A stretch of DNA of 64,000 nt from Neoechinorhynchus agilis (Eukaryota > Animalia > Acanthocephala). Under the pieces are notes generated by a model. That model was not told the origin of the DNA. It was given only the letters and a program-made list of their open reading frames with translations, and ran no database searches. Shown here in pieces: positions 23,085-36,059 of this stretch; positions within the stretch are counted from its first letter, which is position 1; each line of letters begins with the position of its first letter. The translations under genes and the position numbers were made by a program. The DNA is taken from contig CM121341.1 of the NCBI GenBank assembly GCA_051530055.1, positions 16,284,784-16,348,783 on the forward strand. The letters run 5' to 3'.

Positions 23085-24312
23085 CTAGTCGATGTTTGAA
23101 TAATGAAAAAATCGTGTTTGTTTTGAGCGGTGTGCGTTTGAGTAGAAGGGAGTGAGGAGTGGAGTCACTTCTTCGACGCGCTGTTCAATTTAAATATTGT
23201 ATTCGTAATTGCACCAATGAAGGACCCCTTCGGTGTGATGAGAGAATACTTCGTTAGGCAGGAGCCACGATGGTCAACAATCATTCTTACAAGAGTTATT
23301 TGCAGACCCGGACGGCGAAGTGGACGCGTCTACTTTGAATGTAACGAAAAATATGGCGTTGTATGCTCCGTTTAAGTAGAAATTTGTGGTATAATCTGAA
23401 CTACTCCAATTTATTGTTCCTTTTCTTTATGGAGGATATTAATTTAAAAATCCTCAGAACATTGTCCTTGACATAGAAAGCTCCGTCTTTATGTCGAAAC
23501 CTTTTTTGCAATAAATTCACTTTGCCATTAGTGAGTAAGGAATGAGGTCTTTGAATTAATCGGAGCGCAAAAATTCTAAGGAAACACGATGATCAATACA
23601 CCGGCCGCTAATGCATAAATTTCCCTGCACTAAAGGTTTAAATTTCAGCATTGTAATTCTTAACATGTCTACGTTTAATGTTGAAATGAGTGCTCGACCA
23701 CGATAACGACATAAATAAAAATATTGGAAGTTTTTTAGTTCGAAATTTCGTCAAATATTTTATGGTACTTCTGAATGAAACAACGAATCTTAATTGTCTT
23801 TCGATAAATTGAGAATAATTCGAAAACAAAAGATCTTACCACTTAGTCAATAAGACCTATAAACTAGAGTTCCAAGGCGAATCCAATGCTCGGGTCTGTT
23901 TTTTGCTTAAAGGGCAAGGAAATTTGATAATCAAATCTTGTAACTTAAAAACAATCGCTTAAGCTCAACGAAAAAAGGTTTTTAGTCTCAGAGGCTAACG
24001 TTTATAAGACTGGAAAATTCCGATAGTTGAAGACTAAGTTGTATGTTTAAAATTAAAATATACTTGACCTTGACGAAACGAAGTTCTCTGCGATCGGAAA
24101 GACCATTTGAAATCGAGGATTATACTGATCAGTAATGCGCCCCGTGGCTTTTAATGGAACCGAAAACGTTGAGGTAAATAAGTGGAATCATTTTATTCGG
24201 CCGTATAATGAACGACGATATACGGTACAAATATGGTATAGCCCAGATCGCATTGATAATACTTCAAGAACCGAGCGTGGTTTGGCTAACCAGTTGAAAT
24301 TAATAAGAACAT

Positions 24313-24797
24313 CGTATAATGAGCTCGTGAGTTCCAAAAAAATCAATATCACTTCTAATACGGCGCATTGTTCACTTTCAGAACGAAATTTATGACGCGA
24401 AGGCGAAGAATTTAAATTCTTTACGTATTACTCAATTTTGGAAAGTTGAACTTTCAGAGAATAAAATGATTTTACAGCGCTTGTTTATCCTCACAAATGC
24501 TAATCTTTCTCTCACGTAAATTTATTTAGTCAGTGACGATAGTCATTATTTCCGGCACTCATCATGGCACCTGATAAGAAGCTTAACACTGCAGATAAGC
24601 TAATGAACTAAACAAAAAGTTTTATAATTCATTTGTTTAATTTGTCAACGTTTTAAGGAAAAGAAATTTCGTCACTTAAGCATAAAGGAATTTTTCTCCT
24701 CTTTTAATTAACTTATCTTCGATACTCACAACGGCAATTACAGATATGGAACAGCGTTGACCATTAGTATATTCAATAAGAAAAGGGCATTTGTATG
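24313..24797 (+). repeat. Segmental duplication copy 1, left block (3' remnant of the orphan membrane-protein gene)
   Basis: High identity to 37971-38142 plus 38928-39312; encodes the same GAYKCPFLI.YTNGQRCSISVIAV peptide on the minus strand. Confidence 0.85.
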
Positions 24798-26880
24798 CTC
24801 CATCGAAATCACTAGTCTTGGCATTCGGAGAGAGAGGAAAAATCAGCTGTGCGAATTTTAGATGCTCTTTTATGAAGCATTTCAAGAGGACTGATTTGAG
24901 ATTTGGACAGGTTGCGAAGGACTAGATAACCGTAGGTGATGGAAGGTAAAATAATGCTGACGTAAAATTTGCGGAGATCGGATGAAGAGATTGCTAAATG
25001 TCGGAGGCGTTTGAGATAAAATTTAAAGGTGTTCTGCTTGAGGGAGAGAGCGATGTACGATCTCCACTTCAAGTTTGATCGAAATTGGAGACCCAGAATT
25101 CTGAGGGATGTTACTCGCAGGATGTCATTTGGAAACTCGAGGTAAAATGTGGGGTTGCGGAAGAATGAAGGGATCCTTTCGAAGCAACGAGTTTAGGCCG
25201 AAACCTGAAAAGGTCAGGAGAACTAGTGAGCGGTCTACGGAGCCGAATGCTTTCGATAAGTGACTTGAAAGAAATTATTGTTGAGATTGAGTAGGAGCGT
25301 GTCGTAAATGCAAACTAGGGCTTCGGTTGCCGAAAATTTGGGTAGGAAGCCGAATTGTAAGGGCCATAATCTAATGTTAAGAAGTGGAGGAGGGCGAGTT
25401 TTGAAACATTTTTCGATTATTTTTGAAAGAGCGGGTAGAATGGATATTTGACGGAATGATTCGACGGAAATAGGATGTTCTTTTTTGGAGGAAGGATAAC
25501 TTTAGCATTTTTCAGGCATGCGAGGTAGATGCCATGTAAAAAGGTGTGGTTTATAATGTGGATAAGAGGGTCGGTGAGTTCGGGGATGATGCAGCGAAGA
25601 GCCCAGTTTGGGATTTCGGACTGAGAGGACGAATTTCCAGGTAATTTCCTGAAATGTTGTAGTACTTCATATGAAGAAACTAAGGGAAGTATCGGAGAGT
25701 TGACAAAAGTTTCAGCTGTGGGCGTGAAAGATTGTGTGGTGCCTCATGTGGAGCAGTTATTGTAAATTGAGTCAGGGCAGAGGTTCTAATCGATAAAGTC
25801 CAGAACCAGTTTTAATTCAGTGGAAGACAAATTAGGGAAGGGACCCTGATGGCGTAGACCAAGAGAGTCCTTCCGCCACCATGTTGAAATGCCACCTGAA
25901 CGAATTTTGGCGGAAAGAAAGTTTTTGTGGGCGATAAGTATTTTGTTAGTTAGAGCTATTTATAAACGGGGAGAGTCTGGGGAGTTATTGCGATTGGCCT
26001 TTGTAGCTTGCTTTTGAAGACGTTTCAGAATGGGGTTATCCATGGAGAGTCGCGGTTGGAGATTCTAATGAATTTCTTGGGGATTGCCGAAGTTAGGAAA
26101 TTTTTTATTATTGAGGTTAGGGAGGACATGGCCAAGGAGGGGTCATTTGTGTTGTCAGTGGGATGTGCGGATGTTAGAGTTGAATAATTTTATAAAATTT
26201 TGGATGTGATGATCACGTTTATTCCAGACAGGTAAACGGGGAGATTTTATACGCTGAGGTGGGCTGAAGGGAATTTAGAGGTGGATGAGTAGGCGTCGAT
26301 ATTTGGGAACACTTTGTTAAGGTGAGCGTCAAGGTGAGTTGGAAAGTCAATAAGTTGACGCAACTCGCAGAAGGGTAGAAGAAGAAATAGTTTATTGAAG
26401 TCCCCTGCAATTAAGAAATGGTGCGAATTTGTGGAGTTTATGAGCTCCATCATAGAGTCAATTTGGAGCAAGGAGGACTCACGACGAGAGGCAAGAGGGC
26501 GATAGACGCCAGCAATGGTGAATTCTCTAAGGCCATTTCTCAGAGAAGCTGAAAATTGGATTGCGGTGAATTCTAGATTGGGGTTTCGAAGAGAGCTATG
26601 AGAGATAAAGAGTATCGTAGCAATTGCCGCACGTAAATTGAGACCCCCTCCTAGACGGTCCTCGCGGTATGAATGGAAGGAAAAGCACCCGGGAAGGACG
26701 GTTGAATTGCTGTTGTAGGGGGTAAGCCATGTCTCTGTTAAGATTACTACGTCGGCTGTTGAGTAAGATGAAATGAGTGAAATTTCATCTAGTTTAGAAA
26801 TTAGGCTACGAGTATTGAAGTAGATTACGGTGGAGAAGGGAATTTCGGATTTCGGAAAACTGGGGGCTCTTTATACTTAT
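24798..26880 (-). mobile_element. CR1/L2-like LINE ORF2 (APE + RT), heavily decayed
   Basis: IAGVYRP and FLIAGDFNKL (APE), YRPISL-like region, and LKRLRHLAIS thumb motif. Confidence 0.75.
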
Positions 26881-26912
26881 TGAAATAAAGTGGTGGTCCG
26901 TCGCCTTGGCGC

Positions 26913-27750
26913 GTGCATTTTTGAAATTGAACTTAGCTTAAAATTGGTATCTTTAGTTTGCGTTTTTACACTCACTTTCCAAATGCCTATAAAACTCAAA
27001 TGACAAATGTTATGAAGACTAGAGTATGCGAATTTGAAGGAATTGAATAGATAAAAGATCCTTAAAAATTATCAAATTTTAATCGGTTCAAGATCTGACG
27101 ACCGTCGACAACGTTTTAATCGTTTACGATTTCCTTGTTTCTATGAGGTTTAGAAGAACCGAAGTGTGAATTCACGTCTTCCAACGGACGAAAATATTTA
27201 TTTTACGAATTCTCTAACTTTTGCGCCGATCTTTTTGACAATTACCATAATTTTTGTAAAGTTTTGCGAAAAACCCCACAACATGAATTAGATTTATAGC
27301 TAGGTAAATCGATTTCCCTTGTGAAAAATTTAGCACACTTTGTAAATTAAACCAACTGCTTTTCTGATATTAATCAGGTATTAAACTGGTCAAGTTTCCA
27401 TGTTGTAAAAGCGTTATTAAATTGCAAGAATTAGTCTTGCCCGACGCAACCCGTCACTCACTGTAGTTTCACTGCACGAACACAAGAAACTGTACGTAGA
27501 AAATAGGAGTTTTTACAGGCTTGACACAGGGATCGGACGATAACCACGACATTTTTCTTGATTTAAATACCTTAGTTCTTTGGGTACGCAAATTTGTCCT
27601 CGATGAAAATCTCACTTTTTTTCCCGATCTGCTTTTTCATCAAAGTAAGTTGCCGAAATTCAATCCAAAAATCTATTTTTTTTTCAGGATGTACTTCTCG
27701 GTCCAATCGAAAGATGTATTTGGTACGGAGAAAATAAAGATAAGCTAAAC
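26913..27750 (+). repeat. Segmental duplication copy 1, right block: NPC1 upstream region plus first exons
   Basis: Near-identical to 40078-40914; contains the NPC1 ATG (27603) and CIWYGE. Confidence 0.85.
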
Positions 27751-30700
27751 TTTGTGGACTATTCCGTCCCGAGGCGAATAAGCAATCAAACCTTAGTTAA
27801 GAAACTCCTGAGTGTATGCCCACATTTTAACAAAAGTTTGTGATAACAAATTAGTTGAAGGAAGATAATCGCTTAACGCTTAGGTCGAACGGAAAATGGA
27901 ATCTTAAGTTGCTGCGATGCTGACCAAATCGAAACGATCGTGTCTAAGATCAGAACACTTAGTTACGCCACTTTATACAAAAGCAAATGTCTTGATTCAG
28001 TTTACCTTTTCATTTGCGGAATAAGCTGTGATTACAGGCAAGCTAGTTACATGCGAGTGTCCCAAAAGAAAAAAATTAATGGAAAAGATGTCGTTTCGGC
28101 TGTTGATTTGTTGGTGTCGAAAGCAGTTGAAGACGAATTATACAGTAGCTGCACAGGAACGTAGGGTTTTAAGAGCAGTTAAATTTCAAATCGCATTATA
28201 TTTTTTAGGCCCATCGGGTTCTTTGATATACTCTCAGTATTAACCAGCACGAAAGTTGGTGCTCCAGCATCGTTTAATACAACCGTAATTATCGAATCAG
28301 AATATTTTGAGGATCATTTCAATGGTCTCGTACCATACAGAAGGAATCTCTCTTCTAATCCCACAAACAGTACATCCGATTCAAAATGGTAAATCGCTAT
28401 TTGGGAGAGAAAACGATTTATCGCTTAATCGATTTTTTGGATGATGACGACATGGTCGGTAATATAAAATTTATCCACCTAATGGAGATTTTCGTGGTGA
28501 TTGTTTGCATTCTCTTGACATTGCTTCTCATATTTTATGAAAAAACATGCATTCCTTATATCAGGAGCAAAATAAAATTCAATTCGGACTATTTTTTAGA
28601 ACGAACATTTTGCAAAATCGGTTTAATATGTTCAAATCATCCCGTAAAGACCATATTAAGCGCCTTACTACTTCTTGCTATTATGTGTGCCGGAAATGCT
28701 TGCTTTGAAGCCACCTCAGATCCAGTCGAACTCTGGGCAATGAAAGGAAGTATAAGTCTTAGAGAAAAGGAATATTACGATGAACATTTCGGACCATTTT
28801 ACCGCTCATGTCAACTGTATCTAATGCCCAAATCATCCAACGATTCCTTGTTTAGACAGGAGCATTTTAAGTACCTTCATAAAGTAGAGAACGACATTGT
28901 GAGATTAATCGCAGGCAAAGATCGAAGTCAAACCAACCTTTCTATGATATGTTTTAAGCCAATGAAAAATGATGATGACGGATGTATGATCATTAGTCCC
29001 GTTCAATATTTCGACAGTAATTTGAAGGCATTGAATGACTACAACAATTGGAGCACGCATCTGCTAAATTGCATGAAGTTACCGTTCAATAAGGAATGTA
29101 TGCCTAAGAGTGGCATAATAGTGAATCCTTCAGATGTAATCGGCGATTATCGGAGAGAGAAGCCCAGTGATTTAAATGCACTCATATTAACCATTCTTTT
29201 ACGTAACCCAAGAAACGGGAAGCGCATTGAACTTGATAGAGTTAAAGCTTGGGAAAGCGAATTCTTACGATATGTAAAGTCACTTCGGCATGAAAATTTG
29301 ACATTCGCCTTTTCTGCTGGAAGGTCCATCGAAGACGAAGTGGATCAAGCAAGTAAAGCAGATCTGAATACGGTGGTCCTTAGCTACGCGGTAATGTTCG
29401 CTTACCTCAGCGTATTCCTGGGATCATTTCAATCCATTCGAACGTTTTTCGTGCATTCTCGAATTCTGCTTGGTATTGGTGTGTTATTCACGATATTTAT
29501 ATCGGTTCTCTCCAGTTTTGGGTTCTATTCGTATCTAGGTTTTAAGACGTCTGTAATTGTACTTGAGGTAACTCCGTTTTTGCTTTTGGCGGTCAGTTCC
29601 GGCGACAACTTCATATTTGTCAAAAACTACATGCGCAAGTTCAATTCTGATGTGTCTATATCGGTCGAGCAAAGAGTCGCAGCTAATCTTGGTGAAATCG
29701 GCCCAAGTCTCCTGCTATCAAGTTGCTCTCAAGCTCTTACTTTTGGAATTGGAGCAGCAATACCAGTTGGAGCCATACGAGTGTTCGCTTTGTATTCATG
29801 TTTAGCGGTTGTTATCAAGTTTATACTTCAGATCACAATGTTCGTCTCGATGTTCACTCTGGACTGTAAACGACAAAACGACAGTCGCTATGAATTAATC
29901 TGTTGTCTGAAAACGGAATCTAAGCCGAATAAGCATAGGAAGGGCAATATCGTAAACTTAAAACAACCAATCGCATTTTGTTCCTAGGATTAAGTGACCA
30001 TTTTGGGAGGGTAAATTTCTGTATTGAATAGAAATGAATAATCAAATTTGTTGGTAGAATTTCGATTTAAAGTTATAAGCTTATCCTCTAGGATTCTATA
30101 AAGTGTTTAAAATGCGTGCTTGACGACTTTATTTCAATTTGCAGTCCTAACCGCATTATGTCAGCATATCGGATTTTTTTAAGCACCCTCGTCAATTATG
30201 TCAAGAACGACATAGTTTAATAATATCTCAGAGAATAAATTGATAATTTTATCATAGCTAGCTTCTTCGCATCAATCAAATTGTGATTGACTGCTATATT
30301 AGAGACACATTATTGCCCACTACTACTGAGGCCCATAACCAAGAAAATTGTCGTGGTTATATTTGTCCTTTGGACCATTGTTTGCCTTTTTCTAATTACA
30401 AAAGTAAAAGTCGGACTAGATCAGAAGATGACATTCCCGAATGGATCATATATTATTGACTATTTAAATGCCATTGAAGAATATCCATCTACTGGCCCCC
30501 CGACATATGTCGTCATTCAAGACGGATACGATTACAACGACGCATTTTCGAGATCTTTGCTTTCGAACTCAAACGCCAACTCAACGTATTCACTGCTATC
30601 AGAATTGAACGGATTTGTCAAAAGTCAGAAAATACATTTTTACAAGCATTACCCTTTTTGGATGGATGGATATCAAACCTGGGTGACCACAAAGGAGTGT

Positions 30701-31834
30701 TGTTCCTCAGTTGACACAAGTGGAACGTGCTGGAAGGAAGGCTCGGATAAATTTACAGATCGCATCGACGAATATGTCGAATTTAGTGCTGATTTGGAAG
30801 GATGTAGCATCGAAGGGCGGGGTTATCATAAACCTTCCATAGAACTGCGCGATAAAAACGTCGGAGGTAACGATTTCTTGAAATTAACTAACAAAAATTT
30901 ATGTAGCAACAAATATTATGATTGGTACTTTGCTTCCAAGAACCGACAGCGACTTCATTCACTTGTTAAAAGCAGCGCGAAATTTTTCCGACAGTGTGAG
31001 CCAGAAATTAGTGGACGCAAAAGCAATTAGCCGGCCGAAAAACGGACTAAACCCAGTCTTTGTATACAAGTGAGATTACTGACCACTTTTGCTCTAGACT
31101 AAACGAGTTAAACAGTGTTCTGTTTCCATTTTACGAGCAATATATATCATTGCAACGAAGGACGATCCTCAATTTCACAATCTCGATTTGGGTCGTATCG
31201 ATTACCACGTTCCTTCTTCTCGGCATGGACTTTCACTCGAGCGTGATAATTCTGTTGACTCTTGTTATGACGATGGTAGACATGTTTGGAATCATGTTTT
31301 TGGCTGGAGTTCATCTTAACGCTATTTCAGTTGTAAATCTAGTCATGGTATGTTTATCATTTCTTGAAATTATGGCATCATCGACGAATAGGCCGTTGGA
31401 ATAGCAGTAGAGTTCTACGCTCACATCGTTCGTGATTATGCCATCACTCATATCGAGGACAAGACTGAGAGAACAACCAAAGTCTTGTCTAATATTGGAG
31501 CATCGGTGAGTGTGCGCATTTGAAGTGCAAACTAAATCCCTGATACACGCAACACTTAGGTTTTTGTTGGAGTAACGATTCCGGAACTCATGAGCGTTGC
31601 TATGTTATCAAAAGCGAGTTCAAAAATCTTTCAAGTTTATTTCTTTAGGATGTATTTGTCTCTGATTTTAATATGCACTCTGAAAGCTTTCGTTTTTTTG
31701 CCAGTAATGCTTTCATACCTTGGTAAGTTTTCCAAGCTTAAACCACCATTGCAATCATCGTTTTGCTATTTAACCAAGGTAAACCTTTCAAGCCGGACAA
31801 AAGTGAGAATGTAGCGGAACTCAACGCACGATAA
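27603..31834 (+). CDS. NPC1: Niemann-Pick C1-like sterol transporter, multi-exon
   Basis: Signal peptide MKISLFFPICFFIK, CIWYGE, CCDADQ, DPVELW, FGPFYR, sterol-sensing domain (VLEVTPFLLLAV..DNFIF), GPPTYVV, FYEQY, AVGIAVEF. Canonical short introns at 27645-27687, 30867-30906, 31070-31115 and 31723-31778, among others. Two internal junctions (~28370 and ~29950-30300) are less certain. Confidence 0.92.
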
Positions 31835-32374
31835 GATTTCGTTCGAAATCGTGTTCAGCGTTCGCTTTATTCAAATTTTATCACTCAAAAAAACAGGTTT
31901 TGTTGTGAATGGCTTCAACTGAAGATTAGAGGTCTATTTATAAAATATTATTGAACAAGGTCTTGTTTTTGTATTCAACGAAATTCTTTAAGAGAGAATG
32001 ACCTCCAACGAGATTTCTTCACATTTTCGTGGCTACATACAAAATCCAAACCTAGTTGCTTGTAGTCGTCTGCCAATGAGCTCATAAAGTTCCAATACAG
32101 AATACCAAGTTACCGATTTGCCATTCAGTCTTATTTCATTCTTCAGAATGATAAAAATATAAAATTTAATGTCATCGCTGGTTTACTTTCCCTTATCGTT
32201 GACGCACATCACAAGAGCAGAATTGTACTCAAAAGCTTTTAAATCAATTATTTATTATTGCTATGATATGCTGGCCTTAAATCGAGACTCAGTAAGGCTT
32301 ATTGTTTATCGAACAATTCAATGAATATGACAACAATGCTCGCAAGTACTTTTGTCAGCATCTATTCCGCACGC

Positions 32375-32603
32375 AATGATTCTTGAAATTTGTTTTGTGC
32401 GGACACCCAGACGTTTTTTATTATGCAAATTTTCGGAGAGCAAAGTCTGCAAGTTTTTTCAATGAAAAAACTTGCAAACAATGACCAAAAGCCTGAAGAG
32501 GGAGACTTTGCTCTCCGAAAATTTGCATAATAAAAAACGTCTGGGTGTCCGCACAAAACAAATCTCGTTTCACCCAACAGTAATAATGAATGATTCTTGA
32601 AAT
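32375..32603. mobile_element. Palindromic hammerhead-bearing pLTR-like element E with 15-bp TSD
   Basis: AATGATTCTTGAAAT at 32375-32389 and 32589-32603; 61-bp inverted arms 32388-32448 and 32503-32563; GC-CTGAAGA-G-GGAGA-ctttgc-TCTCC-GAAA-ATT-T-GC at 32491-32526, then AATAAA. Confidence 0.8.
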
Positions 32604-33273
32604 GGTTAAATACGCAAAATTGCCCACAGAAATCACAAAACGACTGCAGATATCTCTAAATGTTCATGGCCAATGTAAGCGTTAGAGGCTCGTTTTCAGT
32701 CAAGCTGATGGAAGCTAATAGACTTTATTGCATTGGCCGAATAGTCTAAATATGCAGCGGTTACGAATATTTGCACGTAGTTGCGAATAATTGGACTCGA
32801 CTACAGATACCATTCATTGTTCATGCTCAATGTGAAGATCCCGGGGTCATTCTGACGTTAAAGACTAATTAAGTGAAAAACAAGCCCCTGTATAATGTTC
32901 AAGAGCATCAATTCCTAATGGCACTACATACTAAAAAAATCTTCTAAACAAGATCTACTCGTGTACTTTGCTTTAACAACTCGTCCTAGGACTGCCTTAT
33001 TAATCGCACTTGAGAATAAACTATACGTTACAAGTGTAGGTGCTATAAATGCAAGTATCATTCGAGTCTGAATTTCTCAATTAAATACAGCTCTTAATCT
33101 TAAGTAGGACACGTAAAGCCTAAAAGTTTCCTTGTCCATTCCGTCGCCCAAGACACGTAAGTTTTTTGCAAAATAAAACAAAATATATTTATCTAATGTT
33201 AATAAAATGATGATATTTTCTAACATGTTGTTAAGCGAAAATCGGTCTAAAAGTTTTCCTCCGCTCTTAGATT

Positions 33274-33753
33274 TCACTCTTGTATATCGTCCCTTGCTAC
33301 AATATTAATATCATCCACATCAACGACATCACCTACATCATAAAGATAGGCATGAGACGGATGATGAACACCTTTTCGTCTTCCTTTGGGCACTTCATTC
33401 TTTACTTCGCTGTACCGGTTTGCATCGTCCAATTGAACGTTCAAATTTACAACTTTTCCGAAAGGATTGGGTTCCTCGGGGGAAAGTGACCTGTCTTTAA
33501 AATTAATCATTATCTCGTAATTCGTATCATCAAAATTTATGCGATCGCATTCGAGTAAATATTGACCATCGTGTTTTTTTATTACACAGTTGTCCGAATC
33601 GAGCATTTTAAGCAGAAGGCGAGTGAATTTAACTATGCGATTCTGAACATCTTCATTTTGAGTGGCGGAAAGAAACCTCTTATGGTCGCCGTATATACGG
33701 CTTACGATTGTCAAAAGGAACGTTGCTGATATTAGAAGAATTTTGAAGTGCAT
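33274..33753 (-). CDS. Orphan secreted protein, possible peptide precursor (159 aa)
   Basis: ATG-initiated ORF with hydrophobic signal peptide MHFKILLISATFLLTIVSRIYG, KR, KK and G-RRK basic sites, and a Cys pair; no family recognised. Confidence 0.6.
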   Translation of the reverse strand: MHFKILLISATFLLTIVSRIYGDHKRFLSATQNEDVQNRIVKFTRLLLKMLDSDNCVIKKHDGQYLLECDRINFDDTNYEIMINFKDRSLSPEEPNPFGKVVNLNVQLDDANRYSEVKNEVPKGRRKGVHHPSHAYLYDVGDVVDVDDINIVARDDIQE

Positions 33754-34027
33754 TTGGATAAAAAAACCCGTACCGCAAAAGATCTTTATACGGCTTTATT
33801 ACTCACAATAAAAAAAATTCAAATGTTGTACCTATGCACAAATGATTCGTTTCTTTAAACGGCATTCTTGGATGTCTATGATGAGTCAACTTTAGGAATG
33901 GTACCAGCAACGAGACTTACCTTTGCGCTTTTAGCTTATTCATTCGATGAACTTTCAGTGAATCAGTAAAAAAACGAATGCGATTTAGTCAACTTAGGGC
34001 GAAAACTTTTGAACAGAGGAGTGTAGC

Positions 34028-35040
34028 GCTGAAAATTATAGCACTCAAATTCACGATGTCAGATAATTTACAAATGTATTGAAATCCTGAAAATCAGTTT
34101 TGTGGACTTTGTTCAAGTGACAAAAGTTATAGCGCGCATTGACATTTTTACAATTTTCATAAAAAACTTTTGCAAAATTACCTAAAATCAACACTATTAT
34201 TTTTCTTAATCCTCATGTAGTAAACAATTTAAGGCTAAAATTAAGTAAGAGATCGATTCCGCGATTTTTATAATCCAGTCAAAGAGCTCGATCTTTACTT
34301 TCAAAATTAAGAAAGTTGGGCCAGCGGCTGGTAAAATAAATTCGTCGTTTAAATCAGCCAATTTATTCGGAACGGAAATCGTGACTTTTGGAGGACACTT
34401 CCAAATGTGAGGATTTAATCTATTAAAAAATTCTTAATATTTCGGCTATATTTGGGAGCACTTCTCTTAATTTCAAGGAAAGGTTCAGTGCTGCGACTTA
34501 ACGGAAGCAAAAGTTATATGGTGGAAGCGTCGCGAGAGCTCCTTGAATTCGCATTCGTAATTGCAATTGAAACTTTGCAAAAGTTCTTGTACGTTTGAGT
34601 GCCAAATATGAAATTCGAAATCAATTCGACTTCAAAAAACCAATATCACATTTTCAGATTTTCTTTTATTTTTAAGTGCCCTCTGAAGCGTCAAATTAAA
34701 CGCTGAAATCGTCATCGGGCGTTGGCTTGAAGCCGAAACTTACTGTTGTAGTAGTGAGAAATAATAAAGTTATGTAGCTTTTTCGCAATGAAAGTTCGTT
34801 AGCGAAAACAATGCTCTTTGCAGGATATTCACGAAATGATCTCTCCCCTAAGAACCAGAGGAAAACCTCCTAAGTTATGACGCTCAATCGAAAATATTTC
34901 CTAGCGTTGGGGAAAACATTTTTCACGTAAATACCCACTTGCAAGGTTTTTGTATCGTTTGTTTTTCAAATTCGTTATTTACACTATTTGCGAAATTTCA
35001 GTGAAATAAAACAAACATAATTTGTAAACAATAAAACTTA
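34028..35040 (+). repeat. Dispersed ~1 kb non-coding repeat B, copy 1
   Basis: Homologous to 40957-42030 and, inverted, to 59830-60290. Confidence 0.85.
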
Positions 35041-35299
35041 AAATCTCTGTCAATTAAACATTTAATTTTAGAACTTGACACTAATAAAGAAGGCATTAAA
35101 TTCCCCCCTATAAGCTTTCTCCTTAAATCACGCCTCAAAAATTCATTGAATTCGTTCTCGTCAATACTGTCGGCTCATTTAAGGACCTCGCTTTAAATAT
35201 GTTACGTCACCGTTTTGTACGTGTACAAAGTTGCTGCGGCCCGATTCATGGCGGACTTATGGTAAATCGCAGTCTGCAAGTTTTTCAAGAAAGAGGTGA

Positions 35300-35900
35300 C
35301 GAACAAGCAAGCAGTAAATGAATTTTAAATCCGCAATACAGTAATAATCAATCCCCCACATGAAGAAATCGAGGAAACTGCATTCCATAAGAAGGATCTA
35401 AGCTTTAATGATTTGTCGTAAAGACGCATTCGAAAGCGTCAAAGCAACAATGAAGATTGTAGTGCCCGGGAACGACAGCGTCTTTTCAGATTCGGAGATC
35501 AAGACCGTAATCAGTTGGCCAGGAAAGAAAAAGGAATAAAAAAAAGATCGAATCATCAAATTCAAGAGCGAGCGCATTCAGATTTTTAGGAAGTGAGGAG
35601 CGAAAACCATGAAATGCTATTAATGCAACAAAGAGGGTTTCATTGCCCGATGTTGCCGGGCTGCGATAGATGTGAATAAAATAACGGATGATTCTGAAGA
35701 TGATGACGGTGCATCAGAAACGTGAAAGGCAAAAAAGGGCAGAAATCTTGACCAAGATAAATGGATTCTCAATGGCAATGGAATTCGATACACAGGGGAC
35801 GCTGAATCAAACATTACTAGAACCAACCAATTCTCGAAGTAGTTGTTATCGCTAGAGTGGGACGAACGATATTCGGTTAAAATAAATTTAAAATTATTTT
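35300..35900 (+). mobile_element. Possible Ty1/copia gag-protease relic
   Basis: Degenerate knuckle KCY*CNKEGFIARCC followed by KWILNG.G (W.LDSGA-like); many stops. Confidence 0.35.
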
Positions 35901-36059
35901 TGAGGAGCATGATATTAAGACTTTAATAATAGATTACGATAGGAAAAGAAAAGCGATTCACCTCCATTAACTACTAAGAAAGCTAAAGTTCAACAAAAGG
36001 TCGAGGAAACGTCTAAACGAGTATTAAAAGGAGCAACGAACTACAAGGAAATTAAGTAG

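Noticed and set aside
29940-30305. Non-canonical intron in NPC1
   Set aside because: A GT-AG solution exists (29952-30304) in a variable loop. Alternatives fit homolog spacing slightly better but cannot be chosen without reads.
35690-35730. Hammerhead-like CTGAAGA-T-GATG..CATC-AGAAA-CGTG
   Set aside because: Extra base before GAAA, G at the cleavage position, no AATAAA or inverted arm, and it lies in a coding relic.
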